From: an uncultured Alphaproteobacteria bacterium
Lineage (GTDB): Bacteria; Pseudomonadota; Alphaproteobacteria; Micavibrionales; Micavibrionaceae
Direction: 5' to 3'
NCBI GenBank assembly: GCA_900696495.1
Contig: CAADGI010000021.1
Coordinates: 43,614 to 107,613, forward strand
Length of the DNA: 64,000 bases
In this document: positions 45,695-56,413 of the stretch, in pieces
Layout of the letters: the number at the start of each line of letters is the position of its first letter
Numbering within the stretch: the first letter of the stretch is position 1
Translations under genes and position numbers: made by a program
The notes under the pieces: generated by a model
The model's database searches: none
What the model saw: only the letters and a program-made list of their open reading frames with translations
Told to the model about the DNA's origin: nothing

Positions 45695-46847
45695 GGATCA
45701 TATCTCCTATGACATCCTCGCGCTGCGAAACGCGTGCGCGGACCATCTTACCCTTATCGGACAGAAGCAGAACAGGGGCTTCCGAAATCGCATAAACGCG
45801 CATCCCGTCGGCGGATGCGACCGAAGCCGACCATGCGGGCGAAAGCAGCGTCAAGGGCGTGCGCACATAGGTCCCGCCCTTGAAGGCATAGGCCGTCGTG
45901 CGGCCATCGACGCCGGAAACATCGAGCTTTCTCGCGCCGGCGGGCGGCACGCCCTGCAGCACGGAAGCGATATCGGCATCGCCCGCGGCCGTGGTTATTC
46001 CCTTGTCGATCAGCGGCGCCTGCGCCATCGGGCCGTATTCCGGAATGATCGCGTCGAAGCGGTAGTGAACGGTTTCGCGGCTGGTTTGCAGCGAGATGAT
46101 GACCGGCGTTTTCAGCGTCAGAAGCCGGATCGACATGTTGCCGGTGGCGAATTCGGATTGCGGCGAAATGCGGATGATGTGCGAGCCCTGCGTCGACGAA
46201 GCCTCGACCACTTCGAAATTCCCGGCCCAGCTGATGTCCTGGATCGGCCACGGCGCGCCGGTCATGTCAAGGACGTTGAACGTCGAGACATGGCCGTAAG
46301 CGGTTTTTACCACAAGGGGCGTCGCGCCCGGATCGAGCGAAACGGTTTCGACGGTGACTTCGGGTTTTGGCGTGGCGTAAACCGGCAGCTCCACGGATTC
46401 CTGCGTGCGGTCGAAATGCTCGAGCAGCGTGCGGATTTCATCGGGACGGAGCGGCAAAACGCCCTGCAGGGCCGAGCTGAAAGCTTCTTTTCTCGCTTCT
46501 TCCTCAAGCTCGTCTTCGGATTTTTCGAACTGAAAATCCTCGCCGCCGTCGAGATTGGGCTCAGGCGCGAGAATGCCGTTCGCGCCGAAAAAATCGGGCG
46601 TTGCAGGCGCGGCGGGGCGCGGCGAGGAAGGCGGGGGCGTGGCCCCCGGCAAAAGAGGCGCCGCGCTTGGCGTCGGCGCCGCGTCGCCCGGCAATTCCTG
46701 CGGGGCTCCTAGCTGCGGCGGCGTAAATGCGGGAACGTCATTCTGCGCGTTTACAGGCGCAGACGATAAAGCGAGCAGCCCTATAAAAAGCGCGCCGGCG
46801 AGAATGGATTTTTCAAAAGAACGGTTACACATCGAGAGCTGCGGCAA
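45684..46847 (-). CDS. icmK: IcmK/DotH outer-membrane core protein
   Basis: Signal peptide (LLALSSAPVNAQ), 387 aa, position between icmL and icmE. Confidence 0.65.
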   Translation of the reverse strand: MPQLSMCNRSFEKSILAGALFIGLLALSSAPVNAQNDVPAFTPPQLGAPQELPGDAAPTPSAAPLLPGATPPPSSPRPAAPATPDFFGANGILAPEPNLDGGEDFQFEKSEDELEEEARKEAFSSALQGVLPLRPDEIRTLLEHFDRTQESVELPVYATPKPEVTVETVSLDPGATPLVVKTAYGHVSTFNVLDMTGAPWPIQDISWAGNFEVVEASSTQGSHIIRISPQSEFATGNMSIRLLTLKTPVIISLQTSRETVHYRFDAIIPEYGPMAQAPLIDKGITTAAGDADIASVLQGVPPAGARKLDVSGVDGRTTAYAFKGGTYVRTPLTLLSPAWSASVASADGMRVYAISEAPVLLLSDKGKMVRARVSQREDVIGDMIHGR

Positions 46848-46996
46848 AACGGTCAGGGTTGCAAATATAAAGGCCTGACAAGGATATATGCTTAAAAAAC
46901 CAGTGTCACCTGTGAATTGCTTCTAATTTACAAAAAAACACATAAATCATTTTCAAAAAACAGGCGGTTAAGTCTGAAAAGAAAAGTGCGGCGTGC

Positions 46997-47674
46997 TTAG
47001 CGCGGCACGGCGATCCACTGTTCGATGCCGACGCCGTTCGAGCTTTCAAGGCGCGGCACGCGGACGACGACGACCGTGACCAGCAGCGTGTCCGATTTCG
47101 TACGCGATCCCGATTGATAGGTCAGGACCAGCGGCAGCTGGATAATCCACTGGTAACGGCCCGCGACGACACCCTCGGATTCCAGGATCGGCGCGCCTGC
47201 CGGGGCGGCGGTGACGACCTGCTGGTTGGCCTCGACCATTTCTATAATACGGGATTTCTGGAGGGCCTGCGTGAAGCTTTCCCAGCCCCGGCGGGTGAAA
47301 TTTCGCGAGGATTCCTGCAATCTGCGGCGGTAATCGTTGAATCCGAAGGTCATGACCTCGGTCGAGGCCTGCGCCACCCAGGACATCAGGGCTGGGGTGC
47401 TCAAATTGGGTTCGTGCAGGGCGACCATGGGGATCAGGCGGCCGTCCTCGGTCGTGGCGAAATAACGGTCCTGCGGCTGGTGGACATGGATGACGAAATA
47501 CATCGCCCCCAGCAGGATCATGATGATCACGCCCTCGAGCAGGCATAGCCTGAGGAGATTGCGGTAGCCGTCCCGGTAGAATTCATTGCGGATAACGACC
47601 GTGCCAAGGCCGCTCGCGTCCTCGGTTGACTCGCCGGCGCCAGCCGTTGTTGATTTTACGTTCTTAAGGACCAT
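46997..47674 (-). CDS. icmL: IcmL/DotI inner-membrane protein
   Basis: 225 aa; RNEFYRDGYRNLL followed by a TM helix, then the periplasmic domain typical of IcmL/TraM. Confidence 0.75.
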   Translation of the reverse strand: MVLKNVKSTTAGAGESTEDASGLGTVVIRNEFYRDGYRNLLRLCLLEGVIIMILLGAMYFVIHVHQPQDRYFATTEDGRLIPMVALHEPNLSTPALMSWVAQASTEVMTFGFNDYRRRLQESSRNFTRRGWESFTQALQKSRIIEMVEANQQVVTAAPAGAPILESEGVVAGRYQWIIQLPLVLTYQSGSRTKSDTLLVTVVVVRVPRLESSNGVGIEQWIAVPR

Positions 47675-47915
47675 AAACTCTAAGGTAACACGCGTTGACG
47701 ATATTGCAAAAATCTGACGTTTTGCAGCTATTTATCTTGGCTTAAAATCCGCAGCTTCTCAAGCCGTGAAATGCACTGGGGCAAAATATCCTTAATTTTG
47801 GAGCGTGCACTCCCTGCCAAGGCTGTGATAAAATAGAAATAATTTGGGCAGGTTGGGGCGATTTCTCTGGAATCGCCTCGGGGGTCTTTGAGGTTTGGTC
47901 TTTAACCGGTTTGAG

Positions 47916-49271
47916 ATGTTAACGCAGGGCAGCTCCGCGACGCAGGTGAAGAGGAAGCGCTTTTCTTTCAGAAAAGCGCGCCGCTTTTCACTTATTTTTC
48001 TTTTCCTGATCTCCTTCGTCACGGCTTTTGTCGCACAGCCGCGCCCCGCGCAGGCGATCTGCGTCATATGTAACGCGGCCGACGTGGTGCTGGCGCAGAC
48101 CGCGATCCAGCTTTTCCACGAGACCTTTGAAATGCTGATGCTGCAATATATTTCCTCGGAATTCGTGCTGCACAGATTCTGGCTGACGCAAACATTCTTC
48201 ACCGCGGAAGTTTTGCCGGCGCTCATGATGTTCACCGAGCAGATGTCGGCGGTCGGCATGCACCAGGTTTTTATCTTCGGCACGTTCCTCGACGCGAAGC
48301 ATCAGCTTGAGACCCAGCGCCTGTTCCAGGAGCTGCAATTCGAGGCGCAAAGGGATTACCAGCCCAGCGAGGATTTCTGCTGGTTCGGCACCAACGTGCG
48401 CAGCATGGCCGCGACGGAAGCGCTGGGCCTGGCCAGCGCCGACTCGCTGAACGCGCTGCAGATGAAGCGCCATCTCGGCAACATCAATATGGGCGCTTCG
48501 GAATCGCGCGACCAGGACAAGGCCAACCGCTGGCAGCAATTCACGCGGCTTTACTGCGATGTCGACGACAACAACAGGCTGATGAACAAGCCCGGCACCG
48601 GTTTGCAGCTCGTCTGCCAGGGCGGTGAAAAACGCGTCAACAACGATATCGATTACACGCGCGTGATCGACGAGCCGCGTTCTTTCGAACTCTGGTTCGA
48701 TGACCCCACTATGACGGATGATGAAGAAGACATTATCGCCATGGGCAACAATCTGTACGGCCATGACGTCCTGACGCGCGAGGCGGACAACGAATATCTC
48801 AAGGAGCCGAAATACCAGCATCTCTATCTGGCGCTCCGCTCCGTCGCCGCAAAGCGTAACGTCGCGCAAAACTCCTTCAATGCGCTTGTCGCCCTGAAAG
48901 GCGGCGGCACCTGGGGAATGTGGCATGAGTCGAACACGCGCGAGTTCCTGGAGGCCGTTATGATGGAGCTTGGTTTCGGCGCGGGCGAAGCGAGAGCGTA
49001 TCTGGGGCCGGTGCCGAGCTACTATGCGCAGCTCGAGGTTCTCGCCAAAAAAATATATCAGAACCCCGATTTCTTCGCCGGGCTTTACGACTCGCCGGCC
49101 AACGTCGCGCGCAAAGGCGTCGCAATGAAAGCGATCGAGCTTATGCTCGACCGCGCGATTTATGAAAGCCAGGTCAGGCAGGAAATGCTGACATCCGTCC
49201 TGCTCTCGGCCAAGCTCCGCCCTGCGATCCGCCAGGTGAACAGAGACCTTGTAGGCTCAGGCAGCGAATAA
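47916..49271 (+). CDS. secreted Cys-containing protein, paralogue P1 of an unrecognised family
   Basis: Signal/anchor LIFLFLISFVTAFVAQPRPAQA, CxxC, and the conserved core ..MF.EQM.AV....IFGTFLDAKHQLETQ... Alternative starts are TTG at 47895 and GTG at 47946. Confidence 0.7.
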   Translation: MLTQGSSATQVKRKRFSFRKARRFSLIFLFLISFVTAFVAQPRPAQAICVICNAADVVLAQTAIQLFHETFEMLMLQYISSEFVLHRFWLTQTFFTAEVLPALMMFTEQMSAVGMHQVFIFGTFLDAKHQLETQRLFQELQFEAQRDYQPSEDFCWFGTNVRSMAATEALGLASADSLNALQMKRHLGNINMGASESRDQDKANRWQQFTRLYCDVDDNNRLMNKPGTGLQLVCQGGEKRVNNDIDYTRVIDEPRSFELWFDDPTMTDDEEDIIAMGNNLYGHDVLTREADNEYLKEPKYQHLYLALRSVAAKRNVAQNSFNALVALKGGGTWGMWHESNTREFLEAVMMELGFGAGEARAYLGPVPSYYAQLEVLAKKIYQNPDFFAGLYDSPANVARKGVAMKAIELMLDRAIYESQVRQEMLTSVLLSAKLRPAIRQVNRDLVGSGSE

Positions 49272-50638
49272 TGAAAAAAATTCGCAAGCCACGCTTCCTT
49301 CTCGTCGCCGGCTCGCTGCTTGTACTGGGTCTCCTTGCAGTCATTACATTGCCGCCGCGCCCGGCCAGCGCCGCGTTCAGTCCCTGCGAATTCTGCGTGG
49401 ATGGAGTCGTGGAGACCGAGCTCGAGCAATGGATCACCGACTATATAGGCGGCACGTACTGGCGCATGTCGCGCCATATACGCAGCGAAATGGTCGCGCA
49501 GAAGGTCTGGATGGTTTCGGTTTTCTGGGAAGACAATCTCCTGCCGGCCCTGATGCTGATGGCCAACCAGCTGACGGCGGTCGCCACGCAGCAGATGCAG
49601 ATCGTCGGCGCGTTCATGGATGCCAAGCAACAGCTCGAAACGCAGCAGACGCTCCAGAGAATAGCCGCGCGCACGCACAAGGATTATCATACGACCGTGG
49701 GGCTTTGCGAAATCGCCTCGAGTCTGAAATCCCTGGCCGGGTCGGACCGCAACACGGAAATGCACGCCCTGATGCTTTCCCAGCGTTCGCAGGACCGCCT
49801 GCTGGGCGCGGTCAACACCGCGGCGTCGCTGGGCGAGCATGGCGACAAGGGAAACCGCCTCAAGCAGTACCGCGAAAAATTCTGCGACCCCCGCGACAAC
49901 AATAACGGTCTGAATTTTCTGTGCGACTGGGACCAGGACGGCATTCCGGGTCCTGTTGTCGGCGGCGGCGATCCCATGCGTTTTAACAAGGACATCGATT
50001 TTCGCCGGACGGTCGACACGCCCTGGACGCTGGCGCAGTTCGATATGATTTACCCGATCGGCCGCGTAAACCTGTCGGACAGCGAGGAAGAGATTTTCGC
50101 GCTGGCAAGCAATCTGTACGGCAACGAAGTCTTTCTCCGCCCGCCCAACGTCGAGCTGCGGTCTCTTCCGACCGAGCGCATCACGAACATGCAGAAGGTT
50201 TACCTCGATATGCGGGCGGTCGCCGCCAAGCTGGCGGTCGCCGAAAATTCCTTCAACGAGATCGTGGGGCAGAAAGCGGAAGGCCTGACCGGCGCGTTCC
50301 CGTATCTGCGGGAAATGCTGGTGGAGCTGGGCCTGGGCCCGGGCGAGGCGACGGAGCTGCTCGGCAGCGAGGCGCCGAGCTATAACGCCGCGATGGAAAT
50401 TCTGACGAAGAAGGTTTATCAGAACCCGGATTTCTACACGAACCTTTATGACACGCCGGCCAACGTCGCCCGTAAAAAAGTCGCGATGCAGGCGATCGGC
50501 CTGATGCAGAAATTCGACCTGTTCAAAAGCCATTTGCGCGCCGAGGCATCGCTTTCGGTGATTCTGGAACTGGCGGTTGTCGATCTTCAGAATGAAATAG
50601 AAAACGAGATCAACCAGGCGGTCGGCGAGGGCGATTAG
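49271..50638 (+). CDS. secreted Cys-containing protein, paralogue P2
   Basis: 455 aa; signal peptide ending ASA; roughly three quarters identical to P3 by eye; TAATG overlap with P1. Confidence 0.75.
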   Translation: MKKIRKPRFLLVAGSLLVLGLLAVITLPPRPASAAFSPCEFCVDGVVETELEQWITDYIGGTYWRMSRHIRSEMVAQKVWMVSVFWEDNLLPALMLMANQLTAVATQQMQIVGAFMDAKQQLETQQTLQRIAARTHKDYHTTVGLCEIASSLKSLAGSDRNTEMHALMLSQRSQDRLLGAVNTAASLGEHGDKGNRLKQYREKFCDPRDNNNGLNFLCDWDQDGIPGPVVGGGDPMRFNKDIDFRRTVDTPWTLAQFDMIYPIGRVNLSDSEEEIFALASNLYGNEVFLRPPNVELRSLPTERITNMQKVYLDMRAVAAKLAVAENSFNEIVGQKAEGLTGAFPYLREMLVELGLGPGEATELLGSEAPSYNAAMEILTKKVYQNPDFYTNLYDTPANVARKKVAMQAIGLMQKFDLFKSHLRAEASLSVILELAVVDLQNEIENEINQAVGEGD

Positions 50639-50664
50639 GCGGCCGGGGATTTTTTGAAAGTTAT

Positions 50665-52011
50665 ATGAGAAAATTGTTTAGAAAAAGAAACTTGATCCTT
50701 CCGGTGTTCGTAATGGTCCTGGCCATTACGGTCATCATGCCGCGCCCGGCGAACGCGCTTTGCGAATTCTGCGTGAAGGGCGTGGTGGAGAGCGAGCTTC
50801 AGCAATGGGCTACCGACATCCAGGGCGGCACCTACTGGCGGCTCACGCGTTTCGTGCGCAGCGAAATGACGGCGCAGAAAATCTGGCTGGTTTCGATTTT
50901 GTGGGAGGACAACCTCCTGCCCGCGATGATGCTGATGGCCGACCAGTTGACCGCCGTGGCGATGCAGCAGATGCAGATTATCGGCACGTTCATGGATGCC
51001 AAGCATCAGCTCGAGACGCAGCAGGTGCTCCAGAAGATCGCTGCCCGCACGCACAAGGATTATCATCCGAGCATCGGGCTTTGCGACTTCGGCACCGCCG
51101 CCAAAAGCCTGGCCATGTCCGAGCGCAAGGCGGATTTGACCTCCGTTCTTTTTGCGCAGCGCTCGCAGGACCGTCAACTGGGCGCCGTCAACACGGCGTC
51201 GGCTCTCGGCGAGGACAGCGACAAGGAAAGCCGTATCAGGCAGTTCCGCGAAAAATTCTGCCAGCGCCATGATAACAATGACGGGCTCAATATACTTTGC
51301 GACTGGGACCAGGACGGCGTTCCGGGCCCCATGATCGGCGGCCAGGAACCCGAGCGCCTTAACAAAGATATTGATTTCGTGCGCGTGGTCGACAAGCCGT
51401 GGACGATAAAGATAGATATGCTCTACCCGTCGCTGCGCGAAGTGCTGACCGACGAAGAGGAAGAGATTTTCGCGCTGGCAGGCAATCTCTACGCTCACCA
51501 GCTCTTCATCCGCCCGCCCGCGCGCGCGCTGCAGTCTCTTCCTGGCGAACGCATTACGAACATGCAGAAGATTTACCTGGATATGCGCTCGGTTATCGCC
51601 AAACGCTCCGTCGCGGAAAATTCATTCAATGCGATCGTAGGGTTGAAGGCCGAAGGCTCAGGCGGCTCGACCGATTATCTCATCGCGATGCTGCAGGAGC
51701 TTGGCGTCAGCTACGACGTGGCGACATCCATGCTTCGCACGATCTTGCCCAGCTATTACGCCCAGATGGAAGTGATGACCAAGAAAATTTATCAGAAGCC
51801 TGATTTTTACACGAATCTTTATGACACGCCGGCCAACGTCGACCGCAAAGAGGTCGCGATGCAGGCGATCGGCCTGATGCAGAAATTCGACATCTTCAAA
51901 TCCTATCTGCGCAACGAGGCATCGCTTTCGGTGCTGCTCGAGATGGAAGTTGTCCAGCTTCAGAACGAAATTGAAAACGAACTGAACCAGATGGTAGGCG
52001 AAGGGGATTAG
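50665..52011 (+). CDS. secreted Cys-containing protein, paralogue P3
   Basis: 448 aa; collinear with P2; the 3' end and intergenic junction are duplicated at P3/P4. Confidence 0.75.
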   Translation: MRKLFRKRNLILPVFVMVLAITVIMPRPANALCEFCVKGVVESELQQWATDIQGGTYWRLTRFVRSEMTAQKIWLVSILWEDNLLPAMMLMADQLTAVAMQQMQIIGTFMDAKHQLETQQVLQKIAARTHKDYHPSIGLCDFGTAAKSLAMSERKADLTSVLFAQRSQDRQLGAVNTASALGEDSDKESRIRQFREKFCQRHDNNDGLNILCDWDQDGVPGPMIGGQEPERLNKDIDFVRVVDKPWTIKIDMLYPSLREVLTDEEEEIFALAGNLYAHQLFIRPPARALQSLPGERITNMQKIYLDMRSVIAKRSVAENSFNAIVGLKAEGSGGSTDYLIAMLQELGVSYDVATSMLRTILPSYYAQMEVMTKKIYQKPDFYTNLYDTPANVDRKEVAMQAIGLMQKFDIFKSYLRNEASLSVLLEMEVVQLQNEIENELNQMVGEGD

Positions 52012-52045
52012 GCGGAAGGCCGGAAATTTTTGATTTGGAAACTGT

Positions 52046-53881
52046 ATGAGAAAGTTTTTTAGAAAAAGAAATCTTGTTATTGCGGGCCTGGCCCTGGCGG
52101 GCTTGACCGCGGGGCTGCTGGTTGCGGGCGCTGTAACGGGAAAATCCTGGCAGCCGCTGGCGTCCTTAAGCGGCAAAAGCAAGACGCTGGCCCTGATGGG
52201 CACGCTCGAAGGCTTCGAGCCGGGCGCGAAGGTCAGCTACAGCATCATGCCCGACGAGGGCCGCCCCGCGCACGGCGAGGCCAAGGTCGACGCGGCGGGC
52301 AAACTGGATATCCCGGCCTATAACCTTTTCAACGCGGCCGGACGCAATCTTTCCTACGCGATCGAGGTCAATGAAAAAGAAAAGCCGTTGAACCTTGCGT
52401 TCACGTTCGATGCCAAGGAAGGCAAGATCGCGGTGCAGGGCAGGGGGCTGGATCCTTCCGCCGAGATCAGTCTGGGCGGCGAAAAGACGCGCACCGACTG
52501 GGCCGGCCTCATTCGCGAGAATATCGCGGGCGATCTCAATCAGCTCGGCCGGGAGGAGGGGTTCAAGGTCGCGATGCTGGGCAACGTCGCCAGTGACGCC
52601 GACAACCGCGCGCGCGACAAAATTATCAAGGTTCTCGCCGCGCCCGGCGGCGGTTTGTATGAGGACCCGCTGCTGAATGTCTATGTTTTCCCCTATGGCT
52701 GCAACGACGGGCAGGGCGGCGCGGTGATGTACAGCTTCTGCATTCCCGGCAGCATGATGACGCCGCTGATCGTTCACAACTATGTGAAGGCGCTCATGCT
52801 GATGACCGAGCAGCTCACGGCGGTGATGGCTTCCATGATGCTGCATGTCGGGGCGATGATCGACGCGAAGTTCCAGCTCGAGACCCAGCGCGAAATGCAG
52901 CGGCTGGTCGCGCAGGCGCACAAGGATTATCACCCGAGCGAGATGATGTGCGAATACGGCTCTTTCATGAGAAGCATTTACTCGTCCGAAGAAAAATCCA
53001 TGACCGAGAAAATGACGATGAGCTCGCTTCTCACACAGTTCTATGTCGGGACGGCGCATAACAGCAGCTCGGAAAGTTTTACAAGCGACTTTAATTCCCG
53101 CGGGCAGCAGTTCCGCACGGTGTATTGCGATACCAACGACAATAACAACGGCCTGAATTTCATGTGCGATCACGACCAGGTCTTCAATGCCGGCGCTGCG
53201 GGCAGCACAAACCCCGGAGATATAAACAAGGATATCGATTTCCGCCGCACCATAGACCAGAAATTGACGGTCAATATCGATTTCACCAGCACGCATACCG
53301 GCGGCGTTCCGGTGCGCCCCCCCGAACCGGATGAGCCGGAAGTCCTTGCGCTGGCCAAAAATCTTTACTGGCCGCGGCCTCTGCCGCCGGGCGTGCCCGA
53401 AACCATCAATGATGACTTTTTCAAATATATAAACGCGCGCCATATCTATGCCGCGATGAACGTGGCGCACAACAGCTATGTCACCATCGCCGGCATGAAA
53501 AGCAAGTCGCACCCCACCATGGGCCCCCGCTCCGGCTGGGCCTACATGCAGGCGATGATGCGCAATTTCGGCATGGACGAACAGACGATCTATGGATGGA
53601 TGGACCAGCACCCGAGCTATTACGCGCAGATGGAAATCCTGACCAAAAAAATCTACCAGCACCCGGATTTTTACACGAACCTCTACGACAAGCCCGCCAA
53701 CGTGAAACGTATCGGCGTGACGCTGGAAGCCATCAAGCTGATGCAGCAGCAGGATTTCTATGATTCCATGCTCCGGCGTGAAATGATGACCTCGCTCCTG
53801 CTGGAAGAAGCCCTCCAGCCCGAGGTGCAGCGCCTCAACGCGGCCGTGGTCCAGGACGCCCGCAACCTCCAGCGCCGTTAA
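52046..53881 (+). CDS. secreted Cys-containing protein, paralogue P4, with an extra ~190-aa N-terminal domain
   Basis: 611 aa. The C-terminal ~420 aa are collinear with P1-P3 (LMTEQLTAVMASMMLHVGAMIDAKFQLETQ, NKDIDFRRTID, PSYYAQMEILTKKIYQHPDFYTNLYD). Confidence 0.75.
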   Translation: MRKFFRKRNLVIAGLALAGLTAGLLVAGAVTGKSWQPLASLSGKSKTLALMGTLEGFEPGAKVSYSIMPDEGRPAHGEAKVDAAGKLDIPAYNLFNAAGRNLSYAIEVNEKEKPLNLAFTFDAKEGKIAVQGRGLDPSAEISLGGEKTRTDWAGLIRENIAGDLNQLGREEGFKVAMLGNVASDADNRARDKIIKVLAAPGGGLYEDPLLNVYVFPYGCNDGQGGAVMYSFCIPGSMMTPLIVHNYVKALMLMTEQLTAVMASMMLHVGAMIDAKFQLETQREMQRLVAQAHKDYHPSEMMCEYGSFMRSIYSSEEKSMTEKMTMSSLLTQFYVGTAHNSSSESFTSDFNSRGQQFRTVYCDTNDNNNGLNFMCDHDQVFNAGAAGSTNPGDINKDIDFRRTIDQKLTVNIDFTSTHTGGVPVRPPEPDEPEVLALAKNLYWPRPLPPGVPETINDDFFKYINARHIYAAMNVAHNSYVTIAGMKSKSHPTMGPRSGWAYMQAMMRNFGMDEQTIYGWMDQHPSYYAQMEILTKKIYQHPDFYTNLYDKPANVKRIGVTLEAIKLMQQQDFYDSMLRREMMTSLLLEEALQPEVQRLNAAVVQDARNLQRR

Positions 53882-53992
53882 ACCCCTCCGGGGCCTGAAA
53901 ACTGGCATTTTCCTTGCAAGATAATCCACAGGACTGAATTCGGCGCCAATTCTGGCAAATATTGCCCCTGGCGCCCCTGATAGGGATTGAAA

Positions 53993-56389
53993 ATGTCGCT
54001 CACGGCTTTGAATGCCGCCCTGACGGGCCTGCGGATCGCGCAGCAGCAGATCGGAGTGATCTCGAACAACGTGGCTAACGTCGGCACCCCCGGCTTTACC
54101 CGGAAAATTTTGCCGCAACAGGCCCAGGTCATTAATGGCGCGGGGGTAGGGGTCCTGGCCGACAAAATTATACGTAACGTGGACCTGAACCTCTCCCGCG
54201 ATCTCTGGACCCAGATCAGCAACACCTCGCTTCTCGACGTCAAGGAATCCTATCTCGGCCGCATCCAGCAGTTCCACGGCCCGCCGGACAAGGAATTGTC
54301 GATCGCCGCCGAACTGGCCCGTTTGCATGACAGTTTCTCGGCGCTGGCCGACAGTCCCGAGGACCGTTTCCTGCAATCCGCCACGGTCAACCAGGCCGTC
54401 GACACCGCCAACAAGATCAACGGCCTGTCGCGCCTGATCACGACGCTGCGTAATGACGCGCAGGGTCAGATCGAGGGCACGGTCGCGCGCGTCAATGATT
54501 TGCTCGGGCAGATCGCCGAACTGAACGTCGATATTTCGAACAGCACCGGCGTCGGCCGCAGCACCGCCGCGCTCGAGGACAAGCGCGACGACGCCATCAA
54601 GGAACTGTCCGGGATGATGGACCTGACCTGCTTCACGCGCGGCGACGGCGCGATCGTCGTCCAGACCAGCCAGGGCGTCGAACTGGCCTCGACCCGCGCG
54701 ACATTGCTGACCTTCCGCGCCACGCCGCAATCGGCATCGACTTATTATCCTGCATCGGCCGCGGGCGTTTATGTCGGTAATCCGCTCACCGATCCGGGCG
54801 CGGTCGACATCACGGAAGACGCGCCGGGCGGCAAGCTGGGCGGGCTGCTCGAACTTCGCGATGAAATCTTTCCGAAGCAGATGGCGCAGCTCGACGAACT
54901 CGCGCACAAGATGGCGCTGCGCTTCGAAGCGCAGGGTTTGCGCCTGTTCACCGACGGCTCCGGCAATATCCCGCCCGATACCGCGCCCAATTCGAGCGTC
55001 CCGACGCCGGTGGGTTATGTCGGTTTTTCCAGTGTCATCCAGGTCAATGAAAACATTCTCGCCGACAACACGATCCTGCAGAGCGGCACATACGGCGCCT
55101 CGATCGCCACGGGCTCGAACGAAATCATTCGCCGCGTGCTGCAATTCTCGTTCGGCGACGTCGATTTCCAGCAGGCGGTCGGCGCCATCGACATGCGGGT
55201 TTCCGCCAACGCCGCGCCCAACGACACGTTGCAGGAATTTTTAGGCATCCGTTCTGAAAACGAAGTCAGGGGCACGCGGAACCTCAGCAGCTTCCTGGCG
55301 CCCGCCGATTTTATCACTGCCGCCAACGGCGCTCTCGATCCCGGCAGCGACACGTTCAGGATGACATTCGAAGAGGCTTCCCTCGGCCTCGGCCCGGTCA
55401 ATATCGACGTGTCGCTCAGCGCGATTCCCAACACCGGCGGCAACTTCGTGCAGGACCTGATTGCCTATATCAACGGCACGGTCATCCCGGCGCTCGGCGC
55501 GGGCGACCAGGCGGATCTGACGGCGATGGGCGTGACGTTTGCCCAGGGCGCCAATGGCCAGTTCACGGTTGAATCGACCGGCGATATCACGTTCGACGCC
55601 GGCCTTGCGAACGGCATGGGCGCGGCCGGCCTTGCGCTGCTTGGCTTTGCCGAAGATACGTTCGAGGCGACGGATCCGTATTTCGACGTTCAGGTCGGCA
55701 ACAACCCGCCGGTGCGTATCACGATTGCGCCTGACGACGACGAGGTCGATTTGCAGGCGAAACTGCTCGCCGTGCCCGGCCTTGCGATGGAAGACCTTGT
55801 TACTTCTACGGACGGATTCCTGCGCCTGCGTCCCGGCAACGATTACAACAACCCGGATTTCGGCGGCGACATCAGGATCATATCCGGCCCGTTCACGGCG
55901 AACGGCGCGGGCGCCAACGCGGTGTTCGGCGCGGGTACGATCCAGAACGGCGTCAATATCGTCTCGGCGCTGTTCGGCAGTTTCTCGGCAAGCCCGCTGC
56001 AGGATCTCTCGCCGGTCGGTAATGTTTCCTACGGCTCGGAAACGGACGCATCGCTCGCGCCGCCGCTCCCGACGATTGCATTCCGCAACCAGTATCTCGG
56101 CCCCGGCGCGAATATTTCTGCGAATATCGTCGGCTCGAGCGCGCTGATCGATTACGCGCAGAAAATCGTCAACGAGCAGACGCAGGAAACAATTCTTGTC
56201 CAGGCGCGCAAAGTCGACGAGGAAACCCTGAAAGAAACATTGCAGCGCCAGTTGCTCGACCAGTCTGGCGTCAATATCGACGAGGAACTTGGCACGCTGA
56301 TTCAGGTGCAGACGGCCTATGCGGCGTCGGCGCGCGTGATCACGGCTGTAAACCAGTTGTTTGACGAGCTGCTGAACGCAATTCGCTAA
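53993..56389 (+). CDS. flgK: flagellar hook-associated protein 1 (FlgK)
   Basis: N-terminus MSLTALNAALTGLRIAQQQIGVISNNVANVGTPGFTRK and C-terminus DEELGTLIQVQTAYAASARVITAVNQLFDELL are canonical FlgK termini. Confidence 0.85.
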   Translation: MSLTALNAALTGLRIAQQQIGVISNNVANVGTPGFTRKILPQQAQVINGAGVGVLADKIIRNVDLNLSRDLWTQISNTSLLDVKESYLGRIQQFHGPPDKELSIAAELARLHDSFSALADSPEDRFLQSATVNQAVDTANKINGLSRLITTLRNDAQGQIEGTVARVNDLLGQIAELNVDISNSTGVGRSTAALEDKRDDAIKELSGMMDLTCFTRGDGAIVVQTSQGVELASTRATLLTFRATPQSASTYYPASAAGVYVGNPLTDPGAVDITEDAPGGKLGGLLELRDEIFPKQMAQLDELAHKMALRFEAQGLRLFTDGSGNIPPDTAPNSSVPTPVGYVGFSSVIQVNENILADNTILQSGTYGASIATGSNEIIRRVLQFSFGDVDFQQAVGAIDMRVSANAAPNDTLQEFLGIRSENEVRGTRNLSSFLAPADFITAANGALDPGSDTFRMTFEEASLGLGPVNIDVSLSAIPNTGGNFVQDLIAYINGTVIPALGAGDQADLTAMGVTFAQGANGQFTVESTGDITFDAGLANGMGAAGLALLGFAEDTFEATDPYFDVQVGNNPPVRITIAPDDDEVDLQAKLLAVPGLAMEDLVTSTDGFLRLRPGNDYNNPDFGGDIRIISGPFTANGAGANAVFGAGTIQNGVNIVSALFGSFSASPLQDLSPVGNVSYGSETDASLAPPLPTIAFRNQYLGPGANISANIVGSSALIDYAQKIVNEQTQETILVQARKVDEETLKETLQRQLLDQSGVNIDEELGTLIQVQTAYAASARVITAVNQLFDELLNAIR

Positions 56390-56413
56390 AGGAATAACGA
56401 AAGGACCTAGATT

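Noticed and set aside
43314-46712. 376-aa and 399-aa plus-strand ORFs
   Set aside because: They are antisense to icmG, icmE and icmK. They are glycine/arginine-rich repeats without start-site support.
49160-51498. 457-aa and 287-aa minus-strand ORFs
   Set aside because: They are antisense to paralogues P2 and P3. The plus-strand proteins are mutually conserved across four copies with signal peptides. The minus frames are Arg/Leu/His-rich.
52166-55144. 992-aa minus-strand ORF
   Set aside because: It is antisense to P4 and to a canonical FlgK. It is extremely Arg/Gly/Ala/Asp-rich with no motifs. Long open antisense frames are expected at this GC content.
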